Assembly (NCBI GenBank): GCA_030745835.1
Contig: JASLNU010000043.1
Location: forward strand, 920 to 64,919
Source: Rhodospirillales bacterium
Lineage (GTDB): Bacteria > Pseudomonadota > Alphaproteobacteria > Rhodospirillales > UBA2165
Direction of reading: 5' to 3'
Length of the DNA: 64,000 nt
Part shown: piece after piece, positions 26,141 through 34,770 of the stretch
How the letters are laid out: each line of letters starts with the position of its first letter
Position numbering within the stretch: position 1 is the first letter of the stretch
The notes under the pieces: generated by a model
What the model saw: the letters and a program-made list of their open reading frames with translations, nothing else
Told to the model about the DNA's origin: nothing
Databases searched by the model: none
Position numbers and translations under genes: made by a program

Positions 26141-27898
26141 TTATTTCTTCCGTTTTGCGTCCAGGCGCTTGCTTACATATTCGCGTTCGACGATGACGTC
26201 GAGGACGTAGGGCTGGCCGGCGCGGACCGCGTCCAATGCCCGCCCGAGGGCGGCTTCGAGCTCGGCCAGGTCGGCGACCGGGCCTTCGCCGCCGAGGCCG
26301 TGGCCGCGGGCGATCATCGCCAGGTCGGGCGGCGGGTCGTCGATGCGCTGGCCGACCCAGGCATTGGCCTGGTCCCGGTCGCGGGCCTTGGCGACCCGCT
26401 GCTGGTGCAGCTCGTCATTGAAATAGGCGCGGTTGTTGGCGACGATGACCAGCAGCGGAATGTCGTTGGCCGCCGCCGTCCACAGCGCGTTCGACGACAT
26501 CGTGTAATCGCCGTCGCCGACCACCGCCACCGGAATGCGCGGCGAATTCCTATCGCGCAGCGCCAGGGCGGCGCCGACGGCGATGCCCGGCCCGGCGCCG
26601 ACGCCGCCGCCGCCGTTGCCGCCGACATAATCTTCCGGGTGCTCGATGGTTCCCGCTTCCGGCGGCCAGCCGATGGGCCGCGACAATATGGAGACCGGCT
26701 GCTCCTTGGTGACGTTGAGGAACATGGCGGCCAGCGCCGAGACGCTGATGCTACCCGAGCCTTCCGGTTTATCGGGCAATTGCGGCGGGGTACGCGCGAA
26801 TTTTTTCTTAGACTTGGGCAGTTCGTTCAAGAGCGCCTCGACCACCGGTTCCGGCGTCGTCGCGATATGCAGATCGACCGGCGGCATCGCCTGGTAATCC
26901 ATGCTCCAGCCCCGGTGCACCTGGTAATCGACGCTGACATTGACGATTTTGGGCATGGCGCCGCCGACCGGATAGGCTTGGCGGAGGGTGCCGCCGAGAT
27001 CGACCCAATCGAGGGCCAGGACCATATCGGCGGAGCGGAAATCGTCGATCAGGTCGGGGCGCACGACGAAGTTGGTTTCACCAATATAGAGCGGATGGGT
27101 GGTCGGGAAGGCGGCGCCGCCCAGGCCGGTGATGACGCCGGCGCCGAGACGCTCGGCCAGATCGATGCGCCTGGCCCAATCGCCTTCGTCCGCGGACGAG
27201 CGGCCGGCCAGGATAAGCGGGCTCGAAGCGTCCTTCAAGATGGCCAGCAATTGTTCCATATCACCAGAGCTCGGCGCCGGCGGGGCGGGGGGCCGAAATT
27301 TGGCGATATCGTACAGTTCCGGCCATTCGTCCAGTTCCATCTCCTGGACGGCGGCGTCGAAATTGACGTAAACCGGGCCGAAGGGGCGGGTCGTCGCGAT
27401 CGAAGTGGCGCGGCGCACCGATTCCACCGCCGCTTCCGCCGAGCCCGGCTGGTCGTCCCATTTGGTGTAGTCGCGGATCTGCGCGCCCTGGTCGGCGGTG
27501 GTGTGGATCCAATCGATCCAGGGCCGCCTTTGCATCGCATCGACCGGCCCGGTGGCGCCGAACATGACCACCGGCACGCGTTTGCACCAGGCATCGAAGA
27601 CGCCCATGGTGGCGTGCATCAGCCCGACATTGGAATGAACGATGACGGCCAGCGGCTCATCGGTGACCATGGCATAGCCCTGGGCCATGGCGACGGCGTG
27701 CTCTTCATGCAGGCAGACCAGCATTTCCGGCTCGGCGTTGCCCAAATAATTGACCAGGCTGTCATGCAGGCCGCGGTAGCTGGCGCCCGGATTGAGGCAG
27801 ACATAGGGAAAACCCTGCTCGCGGATGGCCGAGGCGATAACGTCGCTTCCCCAAACGGCGATGTTGGAACGGTCGGGCTGCTTGGCGTCGTCGGGCAT
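26141..27898 (-). CDS. Thiamine-diphosphate-dependent enzyme (acetolactate-synthase-like family)
   Basis: ORF 26141..27979 trimmed to ATG 27898 (GGGAGGA RBS). TPP motif VVGDGDY..x..IVANN. 585 aa. Confidence 0.8.
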   Translation of the reverse strand: MPDDAKQPDRSNIAVWGSDVIASAIREQGFPYVCLNPGASYRGLHDSLVNYLGNAEPEMLVCLHEEHAVAMAQGYAMVTDEPLAVIVHSNVGLMHATMGVFDAWCKRVPVVMFGATGPVDAMQRRPWIDWIHTTADQGAQIRDYTKWDDQPGSAEAAVESVRRATSIATTRPFGPVYVNFDAAVQEMELDEWPELYDIAKFRPPAPPAPSSGDMEQLLAILKDASSPLILAGRSSADEGDWARRIDLAERLGAGVITGLGGAAFPTTHPLYIGETNFVVRPDLIDDFRSADMVLALDWVDLGGTLRQAYPVGGAMPKIVNVSVDYQVHRGWSMDYQAMPPVDLHIATTPEPVVEALLNELPKSKKKFARTPPQLPDKPEGSGSISVSALAAMFLNVTKEQPVSILSRPIGWPPEAGTIEHPEDYVGGNGGGGVGAGPGIAVGAALALRDRNSPRIPVAVVGDGDYTMSSNALWTAAANDIPLLVIVANNRAYFNDELHQQRVAKARDRDQANAWVGQRIDDPPPDLAMIARGHGLGGEGPVADLAELEAALGRALDAVRAGQPYVLDVIVEREYVSKRLDAKRKK

Positions 27899-28072
27899 GG
27901 AATTCCTCCCATAAGATTGAACGCGGGACATTACACCTGTCCCTTGGGCTTCATTATTCCCGTTAAAAACGCCCGCCACAATGCCGGATTAAAACGGGCC
28001 GGATTGATCAGCGCCGATTTAACCTGATATGAAATTGACGAAGTCAGCAATTAAACAAGGGGAGGCACGAAT

Positions 28073-29134
28073 ATGGCGAAAGCCAAGGCACATGTTTTTC
28101 AGCCCGTCGATGCCGGGGGCGAATCTTACGAGCGCATGCGCGCCAAGGGCATCGATGTGGTGGTGCCCGACGAAGCCTGGGCCAGCGCCGCAAACAAGCG
28201 CGAACGCATCGAGGTGATGTTCGATGAAGATGCCGACATCGGGCTCGGCATTGCCAGCCGCTCGAAAAATTTGACGCGGGCGACCCTGGAGAACTCGCCG
28301 GGCCTGCGCGCCGTCGCCTTCTATACCGTCGGTTATGACAATGTCGATATGGAGGCGGCGACCGAGCTCGGCATCCTGGTCAGCCACAGCCCGACCGAAC
28401 CCAACTGGGGCGGCGTCGCCGAGGGCGTCTTCGCCTATATCCTGGCGATGCTCAAAAAGGTGCGCGAAAAGGATCGCCATGTGAAGCAGGGCGGCTGGCG
28501 CGATCCGAAGCTGACCGGCACCTATATCGGACCGCGCCTCGACGGCTACGAAGGCATCACCCTCGGCATCATCGGCTTGGGCCGCATCGGCTCGCGCCTG
28601 GCCGATCTGTTCCAGCCCTGGCGGATCAAGATTCTGGCCTGCGATCCCTATATCGACGAATCCAAATTCGTGCACCACAACGCCATGCCGGTGGACATGG
28701 AAACCTTGTTGCAAGAATCCGACATCGTCACCGCCCATTGCAACCTGACCAAGGAAACCACCAACCTGATCGGCGAGAAGGAACTGGCGCGGATGAAACC
28801 CGGCGCCATCCTGGTCAACGCGGCGCGCGGGCCGATCGTCGATGTCGATGCCTTGTTCGACGCCCTCGATCAGGACCGGATCGCCGGCGCCGTCCTCGAC
28901 GTGCTGCCCGAAGAGCCGCCCGACCCGCAAACGCCGATCCTCGGGCTCGGCGACAAGGTTCTGTTGTCGCCGCACATGATCACCGCCAACCACGGCACCG
29001 GCCTCATCCACGCCATTCCGTGGGTCGAGGAGGTGGTTTACGCGGTCCTCCGTGGCGAGGTGCCCGAGCATGTGGTCAATGAGGAGACGCTGCCCAAATG
29101 GCTCGAAAGGTTTGGCGGCAAGAGTTTGATTTAG
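28073..29134 (+). CDS. D-isomer-specific 2-hydroxyacid dehydrogenase family
   Basis: GIIGLGRIGSRLA NAD-binding motif and a NAARGPIVD segment; 353 aa. Confidence 0.8.
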   Translation: MAKAKAHVFQPVDAGGESYERMRAKGIDVVVPDEAWASAANKRERIEVMFDEDADIGLGIASRSKNLTRATLENSPGLRAVAFYTVGYDNVDMEAATELGILVSHSPTEPNWGGVAEGVFAYILAMLKKVREKDRHVKQGGWRDPKLTGTYIGPRLDGYEGITLGIIGLGRIGSRLADLFQPWRIKILACDPYIDESKFVHHNAMPVDMETLLQESDIVTAHCNLTKETTNLIGEKELARMKPGAILVNAARGPIVDVDALFDALDQDRIAGAVLDVLPEEPPDPQTPILGLGDKVLLSPHMITANHGTGLIHAIPWVEEVVYAVLRGEVPEHVVNEETLPKWLERFGGKSLI

Positions 29135-29155
29135 CTACGAAGCAGCCCCATGGAA

Positions 29156-29189
29156 GCAGCCGGTCTGGGGATGGCCGGGTCCGGCCTGC
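29156..29189. repeat. REP-like hairpin element, copy 2 (inverted orientation)
   Basis: Contains TGGGGATGGCCGGGT, the reverse complement of the core ACCCGGCCATCCCCA, flanked by GCAGCCGG / CCGGCCTGC. Confidence 0.6.
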
Positions 29190-29271
29190 GCAGCCGCTTC
29201 GGCGGAGCGGGCTCGGCCAGACCGGCGTCCGATGCGCTCGGACATAAATTGACAGGCGTGCCAAGATCGAC

Positions 29272-29306
29272 GGGCGCATGGCCAACCCGGCCATCCCCAT
29301 GCGCCC
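29272..29306. repeat. REP-like hairpin element, copy 3 (different but still complementary stem)
   Basis: GGGCGCATG-GCCAACCCGGCCATCCC-CATGCGCCC. Confidence 0.6.
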
Positions 29307-29348
29307 TGCTTCCGTGGGGCCAACCCCCGCGCGCTTTATCGTTTACCT

Positions 29349-30113
29349 TTACCACGCCGTCCAGCCGCCATCGACGCGGAGGCTGGTGCCGGTCAGCATG
29401 GCGGCGCCCGGCGAGGCCAGATAGAGGACGGCGGCGGCGATATCCTCGATACTGGCCAGATGCCCGATGGCGATGTTGTTGAGCACCGTCGCGCGGAATT
29501 CGGTGTTCTCGAACATCGGCCGCGTCATCGGCGTATCGGCGAAGGTGGCGGCGACGCTGTTGACGCGGATGCCGCTGGGCGCCAGTTCGACGCCCATCGC
29601 CTTGGTCAGCCCCTCGACGCCGTGCTTGGTGGCGCAATAGACGGTGCGGCCCGGGGCGCCGACATGGCCCATCTGCGACGAGATATTGATAATCGAGCCG
29701 GACTGCCTCGGCAGCATCACCCGCGCGGCGCTCTGGCCGGTCCGGAAAACGGCCTTGAGATTGAGCCCGATCATCCAATCGAGGGTTTCAGGCGTCACCT
29801 CGATCAAGGGTTCGGGCTTGTTGCCGCCGGCGCTGGTGACCGCAATGTCGAGCCTTTCGAGGGCCTCGATACGCGCGTAGAGCCGATCTTCGAGAACATC
29901 CTCGGCCCAGCCCTCGATCCGGTCCGGATGGTGGGACTGAAGGCTCTCGAGATCGCTTTGCGTGCGCGCCACGCCGATCACATGGGCGCCGGCTTCGGCC
30001 AGGGTCAGGGCCGAGGCGCGGCCAAGGCCCTTGCCGGCGCCGGTGACCAGGGCGGTCTGCCCCTCGAGATCAACTTTGGCGGTGACCCGCTTGGCATCGA
30101 CTTCGTCGTTCAT
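29349..30113 (-). CDS. Short-chain dehydrogenase/reductase (SDR)
   Basis: ORF 29349..30404 trimmed to ATG 30113 (AAGGAG RBS). ALVTGAGKGLG motif and YCATKHG (YxxxK). Confidence 0.85.
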   Translation of the reverse strand: MNDEVDAKRVTAKVDLEGQTALVTGAGKGLGRASALTLAEAGAHVIGVARTQSDLESLQSHHPDRIEGWAEDVLEDRLYARIEALERLDIAVTSAGGNKPEPLIEVTPETLDWMIGLNLKAVFRTGQSAARVMLPRQSGSIINISSQMGHVGAPGRTVYCATKHGVEGLTKAMGVELAPSGIRVNSVAATFADTPMTRPMFENTEFRATVLNNIAIGHLASIEDIAAAVLYLASPGAAMLTGTSLRVDGGWTAW

Positions 30114-30259
30114 GGCTCGGACTCCTTTCCGATTGCCTAGCACCGGCGTGCAGCCCTGTAAATGAAATGACCGCGCCCGGCCGCATTGCGCATTGCCAAT
30201 CGGCTGTTCCGGCAGATAGAATCCAGGCAACCAAAATTTTATCCCGAGGAGGGCAGACC

Positions 30260-31465
30260 ATGGCTTTTTCCGCGCAAATTCCCTACGGCGCCTATTGGAG
30301 CACCCCGTTCGCCAAGTGGCAGGGCAGCCTGTCGCACCTGCATTCGATGAAATTCGCCGCCCATGTCGCCAAGGACGAACTGGCCAAGCGCGACATTGAT
30401 GCATCCGGCTTCGATTACGGCGTCATGGGGCTGACCGTTCCCCAGCATCAATCCTTTTTCGGCCTGCCCTGGCTGACCGGCATGATCGGCGCCGACAAGG
30501 TCGGCGGGCCGACCATCTCGCAAGTCTGCGCCACCGGCGTCCGCGTGCTGCAAAACGGGGTGGCGGAAATCGAATGCGGCCTGGCGTCGACCGCCTTGGT
30601 CGCGACCTGCGATCGGGTCTCCAACTCACCGCAGGTCTATTACCCGGAACCCTCGGGTCCCGGCGGCACCGGCCCGCACGAAAACATCGCCCTCGACAAC
30701 ATGATGCACGACCCGATGGGCGGTCATTCGATGACCCAGACGGCGGAAAATGTCGCCGCCAAGCATCAGATCACCACCGAACAGCAGCATGACGTGGTGC
30801 TCCGCCGCCAGCAGCAGTACACCGATGCCGTTGCCGACGGTTCCGCCTTTCTTAAAAGATTCATGAGCCTTCCGTTCGATGTGCCCTCGGCCAATTTCAA
30901 AAAAACCGTCGGCCAGATGGAAGGCGATGAAGGCATTTTCAAATCGGACAAGGAGAAGCTGGCCAAACTGAAGCCGGTGATTCCCGACGGCAGCGTCACC
31001 TTCGGCGGCCAGACCCACCCGGCCGACGGCAACGCCTGCATCATCGTCGCCGAGCCCGATAAGGCCAAGGAATTGAGCCAGGATGCCAAGATCGAAATCA
31101 GCATTCTTGGTTTCGGCATGGCGCGGGCCAGCCTCGCCCATATGCCGGAAGCGCCGGTGCCGGCGGCGCGCGCCGCTCTTGACATGGCCGGCCTTGAAAT
31201 CGCCGACATCGACGCGGTCAAGACCCACAACCCGTTCGCCGTCAACGATGTCTATTTTTCTCGGGAAACCGGTTATGACCTCGACAATATGAACAATTAC
31301 GGCTGCACCCTGGTCTGGGGGCATCCGCAGGCGCCGATGGGCATCCGCGCGATCATCGAACTGATTGAGGAACTGGTGATACGCGGCGGCGGCAAGGGCC
31401 TGTTCACCGGCTGCGCGGCCGGCGATTCGGCGATGGCCGTGGTTATCAGCGTAAACGGAAATTAA
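30260..31465 (+). CDS. Thiolase (acetyl-CoA C-acyltransferase family)
   Basis: ORF 30167..31465 trimmed to ATG 30260 (GAGGAGGG RBS). ISQVCATG active-site Cys context and C-terminal GCAAGDSAMA. Confidence 0.8.
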   Translation: MAFSAQIPYGAYWSTPFAKWQGSLSHLHSMKFAAHVAKDELAKRDIDASGFDYGVMGLTVPQHQSFFGLPWLTGMIGADKVGGPTISQVCATGVRVLQNGVAEIECGLASTALVATCDRVSNSPQVYYPEPSGPGGTGPHENIALDNMMHDPMGGHSMTQTAENVAAKHQITTEQQHDVVLRRQQQYTDAVADGSAFLKRFMSLPFDVPSANFKKTVGQMEGDEGIFKSDKEKLAKLKPVIPDGSVTFGGQTHPADGNACIIVAEPDKAKELSQDAKIEISILGFGMARASLAHMPEAPVPAARAALDMAGLEIADIDAVKTHNPFAVNDVYFSRETGYDLDNMNNYGCTLVWGHPQAPMGIRAIIELIEELVIRGGGKGLFTGCAAGDSAMAVVISVNGN

Positions 31466-31480
31466 GGAGAACGACCGAAT

Positions 31481-32767
31481 ATGGCGCGCTATTTAAAGGA
31501 AGGCATCAGCCAGGAAGAGAAGGACACGGCGGACGCGGAGGTGCGCCAGACGGTCGAAACGATCCTCGATGACATCAAGGCGCGCGGCGACGCGGCGCTG
31601 CGCGAATATTCACAAAAATTCGACAATTGGGCGCCTGAAATATTCCGCCTCGGCCGGGCCGAAATCGACGCCTGCTACGGCCTCATCACCGAGCAGAATA
31701 TCGAGGATATCAAGTTCGCCCAGGCACAAATCCGGGGCTTCGCCGAGATCCAGAAAGCGTCCCTCCAGGATGTCGAGGAGGAAACCTATCCCGGCGTCAT
31801 CTTAGGTCACAAGAACCTGCCGGTTGCCTCGGTCGGCTGCTATGTGCCGGGCGGCAAATACCCGATGGTGGCTTCGGCGCATATGAGCGTGGTCACCGCC
31901 AAGGTGGCCGGCGTTAAGCGCATCATCGCTTGCGCCCCGCCTTATCATGGCGCGCCCAGCCCGGCCATCGTCGTCGCCCAGGACCTGGCCGGCGCCGATG
32001 AGATTTATTGCCTGGGCGGGGTCCAGGCGATGGGCGCGATGGCCCTCGGCACGGTTGAGATCGAGCCCGTCGACATGCTGGTCGGGCCGGGCAACGCCTA
32101 TGTGGCCGAAGCCAAGCGGCAATTGTTCGGGCGCGTCGGCATCGATTTGCTGGCCGGGCCGACGGAAACCCTGGTCATCGCCGACGATACCGTCGATGGC
32201 GAATTGTGTGCCGCCGATCTGTTGGGCCAGGCCGAACACGGGCCGACCAGCCCGGCCATCCTGTTGACCGATTCCGAAAACCTGGCGCGCGATACCATGG
32301 CCGAGGTCGAAAAACAGCTCAAAACCCTGGCCACCAATGAGATTGCCGGCGAGGCGTGGCGCACATACGGTCAGGTGATCGTTTGCGAAAGCCGGGATGA
32401 AATGGTGGCCGAAGCCGACCGCATCGCCTCCGAGCATGTCCAGGTGATGACCCGCGACAATGATTATTTCCTGGCCAACATGTGCAATTACGGCGCCCTG
32501 TTCCTGGGCGCCGAAACCAATGTGTCCTACGGCGACAAGGTGATCGGCACCAACCACACCCTGCCGACCAGGCGCGCCGCGCGCTATACGGGCGGGCTTT
32601 GGGTCGGAAAATTCATCAAGACCTGCACCTACCAGAAGGTGTCCGAAGCGGCGTCGGTCGAGATCGGCAAATATTGTTCGCGCCTCTCGGCCCTCGAAGG
32701 TTTCGCCGGGCACAAGGAACAGGCCGATATCCGCCTCCGCCGCTACGCCGGTATTAACGAAGGCTAG
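31481..32767 (+). CDS. Histidinol-dehydrogenase-family oxidoreductase (paralog outside a his operon)
   Basis: [22 protein letters not shown] and [13 protein letters not shown] motifs of the HisD fold. 428 aa. Sits in a catabolic context. Confidence 0.8.
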   Translation: MARYLKEGISQEEKDTADAEVRQTVETILDDIKARGDAALREYSQKFDNWAPEIFRLGRAEIDACYGLITEQNIEDIKFAQAQIRGFAEIQKASLQDVEEETYPGVILGHKNLPVASVGCYVPGGKYPMVASAHMSVVTAKVAGVKRIIACAPPYHGAPSPAIVVAQDLAGADEIYCLGGVQAMGAMALGTVEIEPVDMLVGPGNAYVAEAKRQLFGRVGIDLLAGPTETLVIADDTVDGELCAADLLGQAEHGPTSPAILLTDSENLARDTMAEVEKQLKTLATNEIAGEAWRTYGQVIVCESRDEMVAEADRIASEHVQVMTRDNDYFLANMCNYGALFLGAETNVSYGDKVIGTNHTLPTRRAARYTGGLWVGKFIKTCTYQKVSEAASVEIGKYCSRLSALEGFAGHKEQADIRLRRYAGINEG

Positions 32768-32803
32768 GGGGCAGCATACGGCGGAGAAGTAGATTCAATC
32801 GCT

Positions 32804-32832
32804 GTAGGGGCGGGTTTGAAACCCGCCCCTAC
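32804..32832 (+). terminator. Strong GC hairpin downstream of the HisD-family gene
   Basis: GTAGGGGCGGGT-TTGAA-ACCCGCCCCTAC, a perfect 12-bp stem. The following T-tract is weak (GTTTGATC). Confidence 0.4.
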
Positions 32833-32893
32833 GTTTGATCTCCGGGGCTGCGGCATGACACGAGGCAGGGACATGCAAAAGGTAATGCGCCAG

Positions 32894-32938
32894 CGTATTC
32901 GTCACCGTATTCTCCGTATTCTGGTCGTCGCCGTATTC
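32894..32938. repeat. Four CGTATTC heptamers within 45 bp
   Basis: Copies at 32894, 32906, 32915 and 32932, upstream of ORF 32981. Confidence 0.5.
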
Positions 32939-32980
32939 TCACTGAATTCAGGGTAATGCATTCCGGATATTAACCATTCC

Positions 32981-33292
32981 ATGCTACAAGGCAGGATGCG
33001 AATTGCCGCCGCCTTAATCGCCTTGCTTCTTACCACACAAGCTCACGCCGCCGAGAAATCTCGCTTGGAGGCTTTTTTTGAATCTCTGCCGCCAATGTCA
33101 GAGAAAGACCGCACCGATTTCGACAAAGCGGTGCGGTCGATGTATTTCGAGGACTGTGATTGTCTACGGTTCCTTCACAGGGGCGTAGTACGGAAATTCA
33201 TTCTTCCATTATCCGACGCGGATAGGCGAATTATTACGGAAGGTTTTCGTCGCAAACTGATTATTGCGGTAACCGGAGATCGAAAATCCTAA
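32981..33292 (+). CDS. Hypothetical secreted protein
   Basis: Signal-like N-terminus RIAAALIALLLTTQAHA. AT-richer DNA. No family recognised. Confidence 0.4.
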   Translation: MLQGRMRIAAALIALLLTTQAHAAEKSRLEAFFESLPPMSEKDRTDFDKAVRSMYFEDCDCLRFLHRGVVRKFILPLSDADRRIITEGFRRKLIIAVTGDRKS

Positions 33293-33822
33293 TCCTTTGG
33301 TTGGCCCGCGAACCATTTCTCGAATTCCGCATCTGACATTTCCAATATTCTACGCTGTTGCTGTGGTGTCATCCGACGAATTGCTTCCAGGTCCAACCCG
33401 CGCTCTCGAAGCTGTCGCTCGATACGCGTCGGCAGCGGAATTTGACCCGGCGTCGGCGCGCCACCGGTCGAGGGATCGTTCGGTAGCCCTGGCATCGTCG
33501 GCTTCGTTGGCTTTGTAACCTGCGCCTGCTGGCTGCCGCCCCGTTCCTTCGGATTATAAAACTCGGCGAGCGCCTTGTTGAGGGCGATGCCGGTTTCGCT
33601 GTCCTTGTCCTTGAGGGCGCCGTCGACTTTTAACCCGTTTGATTTCTGAAACGTTTCCAATCCTTTGAATACCGTTTCCGGCTCGTTTTGGATGAAAATA
33701 TCTTGGTGAAGTTTGCCGGCGAAGCCCAGATCCTGGAGCACCCGGTCCAAATTCTTGAAATCCTCGGCGCCGTTTTTACGCCCGCGCCCGATCGGCTGGT
33801 GATTGCTGAAATAGGTGATCAT
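33289..33822 (-). CDS. Hypothetical protein with a peptidoglycan-binding-like motif and a Pro/Thr/Gly-rich linker
   Basis: ORF 33289..33885 trimmed to ATG 33822. FQKSNGLKVDGALKDKDSETGIALNKAL resembles the PG_binding_1 repeat. Confidence 0.4.
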   Translation of the reverse strand: MITYFSNHQPIGRGRKNGAEDFKNLDRVLQDLGFAGKLHQDIFIQNEPETVFKGLETFQKSNGLKVDGALKDKDSETGIALNKALAEFYNPKERGGSQQAQVTKPTKPTMPGLPNDPSTGGAPTPGQIPLPTRIERQLRERGLDLEAIRRMTPQQQRRILEMSDAEFEKWFAGQPKD

Positions 33823-33977
33823 TGAATTTTCCCTGATTGATCCATGAGAATGATAAATATAGTACATATAGGGAACGAAAATCAACCTTTATTTATAAAT
33901 TATCAGGAATATATTGACATTTATACCCAAATATTCTATATATGTTCCTATATTCAATCACCCTCAAGGAGACCAAC

Positions 33978-34460
33978 ATGACCCTCAATTCCAGGCAGGA
34001 AGCCTTTTGCCGGGCCTATGTGACCGGTGCGACCGGTGCGACCGGTGCCGGCGGCGCCAATGGGGCGCGGGCGGCGCGCGATGCGGGCTACGCTACGGCG
34101 CATGCGGCCAAGCAGGCCTCGCGATTGCTGCGGAACGCCGAGGTCGCCGAGCGTATCGACGAATTCCACGCCGAGGCTGCGGCGGCGCGCGCCGAGGCGG
34201 CGCAAGAACTGATGGCCAAGCTGGAACCGCTCTATCAAAGCGGGCTCGATGCCGGCGATACCGACACGGTGTTGCAAGTGGTCGAGTTGCAGGCGCGCAT
34301 TGCCGGGCTGCTGGCTGGCGGTTTCATCCGGCCCCGGGTCCAGCGCGGCCCCGTTCCGGCGCCCTCGGTGGACAACGAAGGCCACATGGAATTTCTCGGC
34401 CTCTTGGATGGCGGCGAGGGAGCGGAGGACGCCGATACCCTTGAAAATGTCCCTGGATGA
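33978..34460 (+). CDS. Phage terminase small subunit (Terminase_2-like), orphan
   Basis: ORF 33942..34460 trimmed to ATG 33978 (AAGGAGA RBS). LNSRQEAFCRAYV..ARDAGYA..AKQASRLLRNAEVAERI matches the TerS N-terminal HTH pattern. No large terminase nearby. Confidence 0.65.
   Translation: MTLNSRQEAFCRAYVTGATGATGAGGANGARAARDAGYATAHAAKQASRLLRNAEVAERIDEFHAEAAAARAEAAQELMAKLEPLYQSGLDAGDTDTVLQVVELQARIAGLLAGGFIRPRVQRGPVPAPSVDNEGHMEFLGLLDGGEGAEDADTLENVPG
34022..34048 (+). repeat. 9-bp tandem repeat GACCGGTGC x3 inside the small-terminase gene
   Basis: Encodes TGATGATGA within the N-terminal HTH-like region. Confidence 0.8.
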
Positions 34461-34770
34461 CCATGAATGTCCATAAATGACCGTCATGTCCATGCCCGTT
34501 TTAGCCCAAATATGTCGCACCACGGTCGCAGTGAACCAAAATCCTGCCAAGCGCCCCGCCGCGGGCGGGGGCCGCTGCCGCCAATCAGATTTTTGACATT
34601 CAAAGTTTGCGATCACTTCTTATTCGCGAAGAAAAAAATAAATACACCAAAAAAAATTGCTCCGGTCTTGAAAGCCGGCAACGAGTGCTTACGTGCCCCA
34701 AGTAACAATTTTTTTTTGGCCGCAGATCCCCACCCTCTGCTGGCGGCTGGGAGTTCATGAGGAGCTTAAA

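Noticed and set aside
23952-32938. Link between the TA operator half-site CGTATCC (23.95 kb) and the CGTATTC heptamer array (32.9 kb).
   Set aside because: They share only 6 of 7 nt. The heptamers are direct rather than palindromic repeats, and the two loci are unrelated islands. This is most likely coincidence.
33914-34444. Alternative-frame 176-aa ORF overlapping the terminase gene.
   Set aside because: Its translation is Arg/Gly/Cys-rich and repetitive, whereas the other frame (33978..34460) gives a recognisable TerS N-terminus with a good RBS.
34593-34621. Sigma-70-like promoter for the chemoreceptor gene (TTGACA at 34593-34598).
   Set aside because: With a 17-bp spacer the -10 position reads CTTCTT, a poor match. 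AT-rich DNA generates such hexamers by chance, and nothing else supports it.
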